DNA from: Verrucomicrobiia bacterium
Lineage (GTDB): Bacteria; Verrucomicrobiota; Verrucomicrobiia; Limisphaerales; UBA1319
Assembly (NCBI GenBank): GCA_963664225.1
Contig: OY760937.1
Location: forward strand, 704,001-768,000
Direction of reading: 5' to 3'
Length of the DNA: 64,000 nt
The position numbers and the translations under genes were made by a program. Shown here piece after piece: positions 10,577 through 19,910 of this stretch; within the stretch, counting starts at the first letter, position 1, and each line of letters starts with the position of its first letter. The notes below the pieces were generated by a model, which saw nothing but the letters and a program-made list of their open reading frames with translations, was not told the DNA's origin and searched no databases.

Positions 10577-11290
10577 TCAAGGCTTCACCTCCATGTTGTT
10601 GCCAGTGGCATGCGCTGAATCCATGGCTGCGGCAGCAGTAAAAATCTCCGCGTCGCTGGCGCCTTTGATGACGCGCTCGCGCAAAGCGCCATGGGCCACC
10701 ACGCGAGTGAGTCGTCCAAGCAAATCGAGATGCGCACGTGGGGAAGGGGCGATGAAGAAAAACATCCGCGTAACCGGCATGTTGTCCGGTGTTGGCGTGG
10801 CTTGCGGAAAATGGTTGCGCATCAGAAGCAGCGCCACTGTGCCGGAGTCGCGACCGAGGGTGACGCGGGCGCTGGGATGGGGCAGGGCGAATCCGCCTCC
10901 GATCGCCGCCCAGGTGACTCCCCCGGCTGAGCGCAACCGTTGCACCAGGAGTTGGCGGATTGGTGGAGTGGCCCCCGGTAACGCAACGACAATCCTGGCC
11001 AGTGTGTCCGGCACTTCCGCCGGTTCGAGGTTGCGCCAGATGCCGCCGGTCCGCAGCAGCGGTTCGAGATGGCAGCCCGTTGAGAAAGCGGAAGTTTCGG
11101 GCGAGAGAAATCCGGCACGGGTGGCCAGCCCATGGGTCGCCGCCCATTCCACCACTTGCGCCCGGTCGAACAATAATCGGCCACGGTCCGGCGTGTGGGG
11201 CATTCCATCGTGGCGAATCCAGCCTTCGACAACGCTTTCCGCAACGCCGAACGATTCGGCAATCTGGATGAGATTCAGATACGTGGACAT
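10577..11290 (-). CDS. Excisionase-type HTH + PTS EIIA (fructose/Ntr-type) domain protein
   Basis: N-terminal HTH YLNLIQIAESFGVAESVVEGWIRHDGMP...LLFDRAQVVEW; EIIA motifs AIGGGFALPHP and HLDLLGRL. Confidence 0.85.
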   Translation of the reverse strand: MSTYLNLIQIAESFGVAESVVEGWIRHDGMPHTPDRGRLLFDRAQVVEWAATHGLATRAGFLSPETSAFSTGCHLEPLLRTGGIWRNLEPAEVPDTLARIVVALPGATPPIRQLLVQRLRSAGGVTWAAIGGGFALPHPSARVTLGRDSGTVALLLMRNHFPQATPTPDNMPVTRMFFFIAPSPRAHLDLLGRLTRVVAHGALRERVIKGASDAEIFTAAAAMDSAHATGNNMEVKP

Positions 11291-11355
11291 GATTTATTGC
11301 TCAAGATTTGAGTGTGATTCAATGGCAGCCTCATGTCGGCGTTCAAGAAAGGTGT

Positions 11356-13302
11356 TCACTTGTCGCCTCCCAGCAGAACCAGCGCCGCCATCGCCGCTAT
11401 TCCGACCAGCAGGTAAAGCAGGTAAGCCTGCACCCGGCCGTGTTGAAAACGGCGCGCCGCCAGCGCCAGGTTCATGATCGCCCCGGCCGCAGGCGCGAAC
11501 ACGTATTCGAGCACTGTCTCCGGTGTGTGCTGAGTGGAACGAGCGTGCGCGGGGAAAACTTCCGTCGGGCGATGTTCGTGGCGAACTGGGCGGAGAATCC
11601 AGGCGAACCATTCGGTGATGATGGCGGCAAATGAGCCCGCGGTGTATTGCATGCGCGCCGTCGGCGCGGCGTAACCACAGTCCCACGTCAAAACGCGTTG
11701 AAACCCACTGCCTCGGGCCTTGCGCCACAGCCACACTGCCGCCACCACTGCGATCGCCGCCAGGGTGATATGCGCCATGCTGAGCGCCGCGAGAGGGACG
11801 GGGGAGGGAGTTCCGGCCCAAACGGGCTGCCAGACTTCAACAGCCCGCGAGACAGCGGGCCAGAATACAACCGGCGCCAGACCAATTGCCACACAGCCTG
11901 CGGCGAGCAACAGCATCGATCCGCGCATTGCCGGGCCACACTCGTGCGCATGAACCGCCGCGTCAGATCGAGGCGCGCCCAGGAAAACCACACCGCACAC
12001 CTTCACGAAACACGCCAGCGCCAGCGCGCCGGTTACGCCAAGCAGTATCGCCGCGGGTATCGCGGCCCACGCCGTAGGGCCATGCGCCAATGTGCTGTCG
12101 AACAGACCGAGATAAACGAGCCATTCGCTGACAAATCCATTGAGCGGTGGCAGTCCGGAAATAGCCGCGGCGCCGAGCGCGAAAAGCGATGCCGTCCATG
12201 GCATTGTCCGCCAGAGTCCGCCAAGGCGGCTCATTTCGCGGGTGCCGGTCGCGTGCAATACCGAGCCTGCGGCGAAAAACAGAAGGGATTTGAAAAGCCC
12301 GTGATTCCACACATGGAGAAGGCCTCCCGCCAGCGCAAGCCGTCCCCATGTTGGATTACCCTGGCTGGTGGCCACCATTGCGAATCCAAGACCAATGAGA
12401 ATGATTCCGATGTTCTCAACGCTGTGATAAGCGAGCAGCCGCTTGAGGTCGTGCTGGCCGAGGGCGAAGGCGACGCCGAGCACGGCGCCAACGACGCCAA
12501 GGGTTGCCACCACCCACCCGGCGGAGGGCGGAACAGGCAGCCAACCGCTGAACCGCACCAGCCCGTAAATGCCGATCTTGAGCGTTACGCCGGACAGGAT
12601 GGCCGACACGTGACTTGGCGCGTTGGCATGGGCTGAGGGCAGCCAGATGTGCAGTGGAAACATGCCGGCCTTCAGTCCGAATCCAACCAGCGCAAGCCAG
12701 AACAAGGGGGCGAACTCTGTATGGTTGCGCATCGGGCCGAGATCCCAGTTTCCGGTGTGGGCCGCAAGACTGGCGAAGAAGGCGAAAAGGCAAAGTGCGG
12801 CCACATGCGACGCGCCAAGGTACAGCCAACCCGCCGCCCGAACCTTGCTTGATCGTCGGTCGAGAGTGACCAAAAAATACGCCGCAACCGTGAATAGCTC
12901 CCATGCGATGAGAAAATGTAATCCGTTGGAGGAAAGTAGCACCAGGCCAAGACAGAGGAGCAGCACGCTCCACCACACCCGGCCGGGGCGCGAAGAACGC
13001 GGATGCGCCGCGTCACTCCAATATTCGCGGGCATAAACGGCGCCCGCACCGCCGATCAAGGCAAGCAGCGCAAGAAATAATGCGCTTAAAGCATCGAGTC
13101 GCAGATGGATGGTTTCGCCGCCAAGGTGCAGGACGCTGCGCCATTCCCAGGCTGCATCCGAGGCCAATGCCGTGACCGCCGCACCCAACGCGCCCGTAGT
13201 TCCAGCGAGCACGCACGCCAGCCACAGTCTGGGAGCGCGCGCTCCAGCGAGGATGCTCACAAGCATCCCTGCGCCAGAAATCGTCAGCAGAGTATGAATC
13301 AT
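11356..13302 (-). CDS. hyfB: HyfB-like proton-translocating antiporter subunit
   Basis: FLIAWE, GFGLKAGMFPLHIWLPSAHANAPSHVSA, DLKRLLAYHSVENIGII, GLPPLNGFVSEW, TWDCGY...RMQYT. Confidence 0.9.
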   Translation of the reverse strand: MIHTLLTISGAGMLVSILAGARAPRLWLACVLAGTTGALGAAVTALASDAAWEWRSVLHLGGETIHLRLDALSALFLALLALIGGAGAVYAREYWSDAAHPRSSRPGRVWWSVLLLCLGLVLLSSNGLHFLIAWELFTVAAYFLVTLDRRSSKVRAAGWLYLGASHVAALCLFAFFASLAAHTGNWDLGPMRNHTEFAPLFWLALVGFGLKAGMFPLHIWLPSAHANAPSHVSAILSGVTLKIGIYGLVRFSGWLPVPPSAGWVVATLGVVGAVLGVAFALGQHDLKRLLAYHSVENIGIILIGLGFAMVATSQGNPTWGRLALAGGLLHVWNHGLFKSLLFFAAGSVLHATGTREMSRLGGLWRTMPWTASLFALGAAAISGLPPLNGFVSEWLVYLGLFDSTLAHGPTAWAAIPAAILLGVTGALALACFVKVCGVVFLGAPRSDAAVHAHECGPAMRGSMLLLAAGCVAIGLAPVVFWPAVSRAVEVWQPVWAGTPSPVPLAALSMAHITLAAIAVVAAVWLWRKARGSGFQRVLTWDCGYAAPTARMQYTAGSFAAIITEWFAWILRPVRHEHRPTEVFPAHARSTQHTPETVLEYVFAPAAGAIMNLALAARRFQHGRVQAYLLYLLVGIAAMAALVLLGGDK

Positions 13303-13653
13303 GGTCTATGACCGTTGGCAGCCTGCCAGAATTGACTGCACGAGACCATAGCAAAAGCCCTGTCAGAGGGAAATGTCAACACCGCGCCATTCCTACAAGT
13401 GGATTAACACCCATTCAAAGGGCCCATGGAAGGCGACCGTTGGGGAAAAAGAGTCATCCAATAAAACCACCGAGATCGCGAATTGAAGACTAAAAAAACG
13501 GCCTGTCTCCTGTTCAAATGGCGGACGCCAAACCACCTTTTGAATTAAACCAGCAAAAACATGAGCTGGATTCAGACGGTTTTCGACGGGGCAACAAGAA
13601 AACCCAAAGAAAGGTTTCCGTTGGCAGCCACAGAAATTCGAAGCCGCCTGGTC

Positions 13654-14319
13654 TCAGTGGCGCAGTTTTCGATACGAGGCGAAACCTAACAGAACCAGTC
13701 CAGTTGCCAAAGTGCAGGTCAGCGGTTCCGGCACGCCGGTGATTTCCACCGACCAACCATTTAAAGTCGTTGTGCCGCCCGATTCGAGACTGGCTATGAA
13801 TAACGTCCAGTTTCCGTTGGCGTCTGTAGAGTTGAAAGAGGCCAGAGTGGCGTTTCGCGGGCTCGTGCCGAGAACCAGGTCGGGATCCACGTTTCGCCCG
13901 TCCGTTTGCCAATTGCCGGTCAGGGCCAGACCAGCCGAAGGGGGTTCGATTGTGTTGTAAAGATGGATGTCCCGATTAACAAGCGAGTCATCAAACGTAA
14001 TATTCAGGCCATGATCATCGTAACCGGCGAGGTTTGAGGCGGTTCGCCCTGGACGATTCAGAAGGATGGAAATGTCATTGTCATGGCTTAAATAGGCATA
14101 CAGACCGCCATTGCTATCCGAAGAAACATCGAAAGTGACCCGCACCGAATCGATCGACGTAATGGCTGAGCTTGCATCAAAAGTCAGAGCGACGCCGGAG
14201 GCGTTGCCGTCTGCAATCGATAAATTCAGTCCGGAAAAAGTGTATGTCTCGGTTACGGCTGCGGTCAAGGGCAGGGAACCCACTCCCAAAAGCAGCAATA
14301 GCAGCGATGTTTTTTTCAT
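13654..14319 (-). CDS. PEP-CTERM-anchored secreted protein, proprotein-convertase P-domain-like
   Basis: Signal MKKTSLLLLLLG; C-terminal VPEP + hydrophobic helix + RKLRH; ...ANGNWTLFI...TLNGWSVEI resembles a P-domain beta-sandwich. Confidence 0.8.
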   Translation of the reverse strand: MKKTSLLLLLLGVGSLPLTAAVTETYTFSGLNLSIADGNASGVALTFDASSAITSIDSVRVTFDVSSDSNGGLYAYLSHDNDISILLNRPGRTASNLAGYDDHGLNITFDDSLVNRDIHLYNTIEPPSAGLALTGNWQTDGRNVDPDLVLGTSPRNATLASFNSTDANGNWTLFIASLESGGTTTLNGWSVEITGVPEPLTCTLATGLVLLGFASYRKLRH

Positions 14320-14372
14320 GATGTGCATCTTAGTTCAGCGGGTCGATTTGCTTTGATTGGATGGTCGCAAAA

Positions 14373-17300
14373 TCAGGGATAAACGGTCCGGTAAAACCGC
14401 AATGGCGATCCTGAGTTATCGTCGTAAATAATCGTCCCGGAGGGGCCGGCGATGGAAGTGCCCAGGGTTTGCCAGTCGATGGGGTGAATCAGGCTCGTCG
14501 TGTATTGAATTGTGTATGAGCGTCCAGGGATGCCGCCGAATGTTATGCGATAAACGCCCGATCCCAGGTTTTGGATGCTGCCAATTTGATTTGAACCGGT
14601 GGAATCATCGGTTTTGATGTTGACGGTGACTGTTCCTTCGGCAGTCCCGCCGTGTCCATCGCTGATGGTGTAAGTGAAGGTATCACTACTGGTGAATCCG
14701 GCAGCGGGGACATAATGAACCCAGGTATCCGCCAGGTAAATTGACGCTCCATTCGCGCTCGTCGGGAAAACAGCGGTGATGGTCAAAGCGTCGCTGTCAG
14801 GATCGGTATCGTTGGCCAGCAAGGCGGTAGTGGCGACTTTGACACCCTGGGTGGCGAAGCGTTGAATCGCATCGGCGACCGCTGTCGGCGCATGATTTAC
14901 GGAAGTGGTCACAACCGTTGTGGCACTGTTGACAACCGGAGTGAAAACCCCATCCGTCACATTGATGGTGAAGGTGGTGGTTTCCGTGGAGCCACGCGTG
15001 ACACGATTTGAAGTTGGGGCAAAAACCAGGAGGCGGATGGCGGTGGTGGCATCGGCAGCGGTGCCATTAAATGTATAAGCACCCGGTCCAGCCAATGTGA
15101 AACCCGAGCCTGTCAACGAGGCAGGGGTGAACGCACCTTTCGCGGCGTTGTCCAGGGTTATGGTTGTGTCCAGAGTTTGCGCGGGCACATCGCTATTTGC
15201 AATCGTCACCCCGACGAATGGTGAGAGAGTGGCGTTATCATTCACCGCCTGTCCAGACAGAGTTCCGGCTATTGTTGGTGGCAAATTCACAGTTGCAGTG
15301 GCGCTCGGTCCGGCGGCCGGAGCCGTATTTCCCGCCAGATCAATGGCGGTTCCGGCAGCGATGGAGATACCCAGAGGACCATGGCCTGTAATATTGGAGA
15401 TGCTGACGGTGCGCGTGAGTCCGCTCCCGGAGACGGTGATCGTCCCACCGGCGGTGCCCGGGCTGTTCAAAGTGATGTCTCCGACGGCCAGCGTGCTCAC
15501 ATCGAAGTTTGCATCAGCATAAGTCACCGTAAAATCCACTGAACCGCCGGTTGTAACCGTCGGCGAAGGCGCGCTGATGACGATGGTGGGGGCCACGCCG
15601 TCCACGAGGATACCGCTGGTGCCGGCCATGCCATTTAAAGTGAGATTTGCGTTGATCGCCGACGAATCCCGCAGTGTGGCGCCGTTGAGCACGAGCGCTC
15701 CGGCCAGTGCGATTCCGTCGTTATCGCCATTTCCGGCTGCGACCACATATCGAAAGGTTAAGGCGGTTGAACCGCTGCCGGAGAGGTATGCGGCCTGCAC
15801 CGTTCCTCCTGTGGAGAGCGTGACTGGAAGGTAAGGGGTTGCGCCAGCGACCACGATTGCCTCGTTGAAAGTGACGGTAAAATCCAGCGCCTGACCGACC
15901 CCATAAAGTGCGTCAGGTGGAACGTCAACGGAATTGACGGTCGGCACAACTGAAATATTTGCAGTTTTGGATTGCGCATCGACAATGGCCACGGCACTAG
16001 CGCTTCCGGGTGCGGTGGCGGTAAACGTGGCGGTGGCGGTTCCAGAAGACTGAATCGTAGTTTGCGCAGAGGACAGGGTGCCATGCACGGCGCTTCCAAA
16101 AGTTATGGGAACACCGACCAAGGCAGCAAGGTTGGCCGGACTGATGGTGTTGGCGCCGGAATCAGTCAGAAAGCTGGCGGTCAGTGTGGTGGTTCCTCCC
16201 ACGCCGTCGGCAATGGTGGCTGGACTGGCCGAGTGGGTCATTTGCAGCCAAAGGGTGGCCGTGGCGTTCACCATCTGGTTGGCTGCGGGACCGGTGTTGA
16301 TCCCCCACCAATTATCATTGGCGGTCAAGGTGCTACTGGTTCCACCGCGTAAAGTCAGGCCGTTGGCCGCAGTGGCTGCGGTGTTTCCAAGGAAACGACA
16401 ATAACTGACTGTGACATTGTGGCCGCTGCCGTCGGCAGATCCGATGGCTCCACCAGCGCCAGTCGGGCTTGTGGCCTGGTTGTTTTGGAATGTGGACAAG
16501 GCGATCGTCAATGTGCCGCTTTGGTTATAAATAGCTCCACCTCTGGTATTTAAGCCAGTAATCTGATTTCCAATAAAACTGCAGCCACTGATCGAGTAGG
16601 TGGTTCCCAAGCCTGTGGTTTCAATCGCGCCACCATTTCCGCTCGTGGAAATGTTATTGGTGAATTGCGAACTGGACAAGGTCAGGATGCCAGTCCCTCC
16701 GCTGGTGCTGGCGTCGAAAGCAATTGCGCCTCCGCCACCAGAAGACCCATTACCATTAAATGTGCAGTTGCTTACCGTGAGGTTGCCTCCTGCGTTCGCA
16801 ATCGCACCCCCGATTGGGGAACCGAACCCGGAGGCGAAGTTGTCCGTGAAGAGACATCCTGTGACAATAGTCTGGTTCAAGCCGGATCCGCTGATCATGG
16901 CGCCACCGCCAATACCTGTGGTTTCACGTCCGCCTCTCATGGTGACATTCTTGACTGTGAAGAGGAAACTTGCATCGAGGTTGGGATTCACCTCCAGCAC
17001 GCGATCATTTGGCCTGGTCTGCTGGATGATTGTGGCAGCCGCAGATATGCCTTCAATAGTGGTACCGCTGCGGGTGATGTCCAGATCGCCCACGGCCGGG
17101 TCGGCCGGATAGTTTTCGCCCGTTCCGTCGATTGATAATTGATAAGTGCCTGCAGGAATAAGAATCCGGTGGGGAGCGCCGGTGGGGTCGTTGTTTGCGG
17201 CGATGATCGCTTCGCGCAAGCTGATGCCGTCCGGGCCTGGGCTGCCGGTTAACGCGCTGATGCTCGTGGTGTTGCCGTTGATTGCATCCGCGGTCGTGGT

Positions 17301-17378
17301 CACGGTGATGTCTGTCGCATATCCGCTCTGAGCTAAACAGAGGACCAGCATCGACGAGGCAATAAACAGTTTTTTCAT
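14373..17378 (-). CDS. Large secreted/surface protein (CSLREA-like N-terminus, beta-helix repeats, Ig/cadherin-like domains, C-terminal RFYR domain)
   Basis: Signal MKKLFIASSMLVLCLAQSGYA; ITVTTTAD...ISLREAIIAAN; GGAI/FxxN repeats; NHAPTAVAD...LLANDTDPDSD...DTFTYTISDGHGG; ends PLRFYRTVYP. Start may instead be 17387. Confidence 0.85.
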   Translation of the reverse strand: MKKLFIASSMLVLCLAQSGYATDITVTTTADAINGNTTSISALTGSPGPDGISLREAIIAANNDPTGAPHRILIPAGTYQLSIDGTGENYPADPAVGDLDITRSGTTIEGISAAATIIQQTRPNDRVLEVNPNLDASFLFTVKNVTMRGGRETTGIGGGAMISGSGLNQTIVTGCLFTDNFASGFGSPIGGAIANAGGNLTVSNCTFNGNGSSGGGGAIAFDASTSGGTGILTLSSSQFTNNISTSGNGGAIETTGLGTTYSISGCSFIGNQITGLNTRGGAIYNQSGTLTIALSTFQNNQATSPTGAGGAIGSADGSGHNVTVSYCRFLGNTAATAANGLTLRGGTSSTLTANDNWWGINTGPAANQMVNATATLWLQMTHSASPATIADGVGGTTTLTASFLTDSGANTISPANLAALVGVPITFGSAVHGTLSSAQTTIQSSGTATATFTATAPGSASAVAIVDAQSKTANISVVPTVNSVDVPPDALYGVGQALDFTVTFNEAIVVAGATPYLPVTLSTGGTVQAAYLSGSGSTALTFRYVVAAGNGDNDGIALAGALVLNGATLRDSSAINANLTLNGMAGTSGILVDGVAPTIVISAPSPTVTTGGSVDFTVTYADANFDVSTLAVGDITLNSPGTAGGTITVSGSGLTRTVSISNITGHGPLGISIAAGTAIDLAGNTAPAAGPSATATVNLPPTIAGTLSGQAVNDNATLSPFVGVTIANSDVPAQTLDTTITLDNAAKGAFTPASLTGSGFTLAGPGAYTFNGTAADATTAIRLLVFAPTSNRVTRGSTETTTFTINVTDGVFTPVVNSATTVVTTSVNHAPTAVADAIQRFATQGVKVATTALLANDTDPDSDALTITAVFPTSANGASIYLADTWVHYVPAAGFTSSDTFTYTISDGHGGTAEGTVTVNIKTDDSTGSNQIGSIQNLGSGVYRITFGGIPGRSYTIQYTTSLIHPIDWQTLGTSIAGPSGTIIYDDNSGSPLRFYRTVYP

Positions 17379-17499
17379 GGGAATCATGTTCAAAAAGGAA
17401 CGGCGGAAGAAGCAGCAGCACGGAAAGGCGCAGCCTGGCCGATTGTCAGCCAGACCGGACAGATGATGATGGATTGTTGCAGGTGCAATGAGATCAATC

Positions 17500-18024
17500 T
17501 CAGTTTCTGCTTGGAAAAACTCCGAATAACCCGATGCAAAAATTGAGGACAAGATAGGGTGACAAATTATTGTGGGGCTGGTTGCCCCCAGCAAGCGATG
17601 GGCTGCCGGGACTGATGGTTGCGTTGCTGGTTGAAGAATAGAGATTCACCGTTTGACGCAGGGCCTTGGCTGCGGCCCACGAGTGGTTCGTTGGAGAACT
17701 TTGATTGCCTGCGCCGGTATTGGCCGAAAAATGTGTATGCATGGGCAATCCCGTGTTTGACAATGTGACATTTGTCGTACCCCCTTCTTCACCCAAGAAG
17801 CGTTGCGTTAATCCGGGACCCTGACCTTGATGGATGGGAGCGCGGCCCTGCAAATTGGGCAGGGCAAAGTTGGTGGTGCCGTTACCGCCATAGGTTGTTC
17901 CCAGAATTGAAAAAAGCGCGGTATTCTGTTGGATGGGCAGCAATTGACCGTTGCACATGGCCCAATTGCGCGGGGCGAAGTTAAACCCAAATATCCGAAT
18001 TTCACCGATGAATGACTCTGACAT
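17500..18024 (-). CDS. Phage tail-collar domain (MdpB/microcystin-dependent-like) protein, paralogue 3
   Basis: FIGEIRIFGFNFAPRNWAMCNGQLL...YGGNGTTNFALPNLQGR; HTH (HxH); ends GVFPSRN. Confidence 0.9.
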   Translation of the reverse strand: MSESFIGEIRIFGFNFAPRNWAMCNGQLLPIQQNTALFSILGTTYGGNGTTNFALPNLQGRAPIHQGQGPGLTQRFLGEEGGTTNVTLSNTGLPMHTHFSANTGAGNQSSPTNHSWAAAKALRQTVNLYSSTSNATISPGSPSLAGGNQPHNNLSPYLVLNFCIGLFGVFPSRN

Positions 18025-18042
18025 GATTTATCCTTTCAGCTT

Positions 18043-18531
18043 CTAGTTTCGGGAAGGGAATATGCCTTGTATGGCAATGCAATAGTTAACCACCAAATAT
18101 GGGGGGCGATTCTCGTGCGGCTGGCTTCCACCTGCTCCGGCCGGGTTCATGATCGCATTCGCAGTCCCCGCGTAGAGGCTTTGGCCCGAGTTGGCCCAAT
18201 AATGATTTTGCGGATTGCTTTGATCGGCACTGGTGGCATTGGCGGCAATAGGATGGGTGTGGATGGGCATTTCATTTTGCGTCAGCGCGTGCACCTCCTC
18301 ACCGCCAACCTGACCCTGCGTATAACCATTGCCCAAATGGTATGGAGCGCGTCCGCGAAGGTCAGGAAGCGCAAATGTTTGTATTCCATTTCCGCCATAG
18401 GTCGTTCCCAGAAGGGCAAAAAGGGCCTGGTTCTGAGCGATTGACATGAGTTGACCTGAGCATGTTGCCCAGCCGCGCGGGGCAAAATCAAATCCAAACA
18501 TCCGGACTTCACCTAGGAATGGGGTTGACAT
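18043..18531 (-). CDS. Phage tail-collar domain (MdpB-like) protein, paralogue 2
   Basis: FLGEVRMFGFDFAPRGWATCSGQ...FALPDLRGR; HTH; ends GIFPSRN. Confidence 0.9.
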   Translation of the reverse strand: MSTPFLGEVRMFGFDFAPRGWATCSGQLMSIAQNQALFALLGTTYGGNGIQTFALPDLRGRAPYHLGNGYTQGQVGGEEVHALTQNEMPIHTHPIAANATSADQSNPQNHYWANSGQSLYAGTANAIMNPAGAGGSQPHENRPPYLVVNYCIAIQGIFPSRN

Positions 18532-18564
18532 AATGTTCTTTCAGTTTGATGGCTGCCTGATGGA

Positions 18565-19071
18565 TTAATTGCGCGACGGGAAAACACCCTCCAAGGCGAT
18601 GATGAAGTTTAATGTCAGGAATGGCGGCATGTTTTCATGCGGCTGGTTGCCGCCTGCCACTGGGAACATGGTGGTATTGGGTGATTGATCAGTGTAAGGC
18701 CGCAAATTCGCTGAGGCCGCCCAAAAATTGTTTGTAGGATCGGTGCTGGTCCCAAGATCGGAATTGCACGCCACGGCATGACTATGCACGGGTATTTGGT
18801 TTGGGATCAAAGTTACGGTTTCTGTGCCGCTACGTTGACCAATGACATAGTTTGAAAGGCCCGGGCCTTGTCCCTGGCCCACGGGCACCCGTCCCTGCAG
18901 GTTTGGAAGGCCAAATGTGGTCATACCATCTCCGCCATATATCGTTCCAATCAAGGCAAACAGCGCGTCGTTTTGTGAAATTGCCAGCAATTGCCCACTG
19001 CAGAAGGCATAACCACGTGGCGCAAAATTGCCGGCGAACATCATTATTTCTCCTAAAAATGGCGTGGCCAT
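18565..19071 (-). CDS. Phage tail-collar domain (MdpB-like) protein, paralogue 1
   Basis: FLGEIMMFAGNFAPRGYAFCSGQ...FGLPNLQGR; HSH; ends GVFPSRN. Confidence 0.9.
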   Translation of the reverse strand: MATPFLGEIMMFAGNFAPRGYAFCSGQLLAISQNDALFALIGTIYGGDGMTTFGLPNLQGRVPVGQGQGPGLSNYVIGQRSGTETVTLIPNQIPVHSHAVACNSDLGTSTDPTNNFWAASANLRPYTDQSPNTTMFPVAGGNQPHENMPPFLTLNFIIALEGVFPSRN

Positions 19072-19109
19072 AAAATTCCTTTTCGGGTTATTGTGTCAGG
19101 TTTGAGCGA

Positions 19110-19610
19110 CTATTGGTTGCTGCTGGTGCGTTGGCCCGGACGGGCAACGACTTTCGGACTAACGACCAGCGAGGGTTGCCTGCCGGGCCGGTTGAATACG
19201 GCTTCGTAATAGCAATACTCCTGATCGTTAACAACAATGGGCACGATGAAAATTGAAAAGCAGCCGATGGCGTTATGAGTGAACAAGTAGGTGTTCTGAT
19301 CGAGAGGTTGATCCAGCGATCCGCGGAAGGTGAGGGAAAACTTTTCATTCCCAGAGTCTGCTCTGCGCAATGACGATGTTTTCGATGGCTGAGGAGTCTG
19401 CACCTTGGTCAGCATGAGATCAATCATCGCTCCCTCGCTTCCGATGACAGTGAACGTGGTGTTCACCTGTCGGATGAACATGCCCATATGGATGGAGTCA
19501 AGCGAAACCTCGGTGATAGGGGAGGCACCTCCAAAAACAGTGACTGGAGCGATTGCGACCCCCGCGGCAAGCGTGGTGCAGTTCAAAAGAAACTCTCGGC
19601 GAGTAGGCAT
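19110..19610 (-). CDS. Tat-signal conserved hypothetical protein (DUF6916-like)
   Basis: MPTRREFLLNCTTLAAGVAIA twin-arginine signal; FSLTFRG...IFIVPI...YYEAVFNR; paralogue of 20447..20791. Confidence 0.75.
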   Translation of the reverse strand: MPTRREFLLNCTTLAAGVAIAPVTVFGGASPITEVSLDSIHMGMFIRQVNTTFTVIGSEGAMIDLMLTKVQTPQPSKTSSLRRADSGNEKFSLTFRGSLDQPLDQNTYLFTHNAIGCFSIFIVPIVVNDQEYCYYEAVFNRPGRQPSLVVSPKVVARPGQRTSSNQ

Positions 19611-19798
19611 AAAATTACACAACTTCAGGCTAAATACGACTACGGACCTTGCGACTTTGATGACGTTCATCAGCAACGGCACCAACAACGCCGGAATAAA
19701 GCCAGATAAAGTGTTGGCGGTCAACTAAAAACGGCCCTCAATCGCGGCTTTTTCATAATTTTTGAATGACGCTGTTGATTGAAGAATCAAATCGGCGC

Positions 19799-19814
19799 TG
19801 GCACGGGATTTGCG
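19799..19814 (+). promoter_or_regulatory. Sigma54 (-24/-12) promoter upstream of the GNAT gene
   Basis: TGGCACGGGATTTGCG has exact GG-N10-GC spacing and matches TGGCACG-N4-TTGC; about 100 bp upstream of ATG 19911. Confidence 0.65.
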
Positions 19815-19910
19815 GAGGTTACGATCGCAGATATTGCCGGTTTTGTTCATCAGGGCGCTTGTCTTGCCCAAATCAAAAGCGTATCAGGGTGATATGTCAT
19901 ATTTCGGCCT

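Noticed and set aside
17500..19071. Prophage, tailocin or contractile injection system
   Set aside because: Only collar-domain genes are present; no sheath, tube, baseplate, capsid, lysis or integrase genes.
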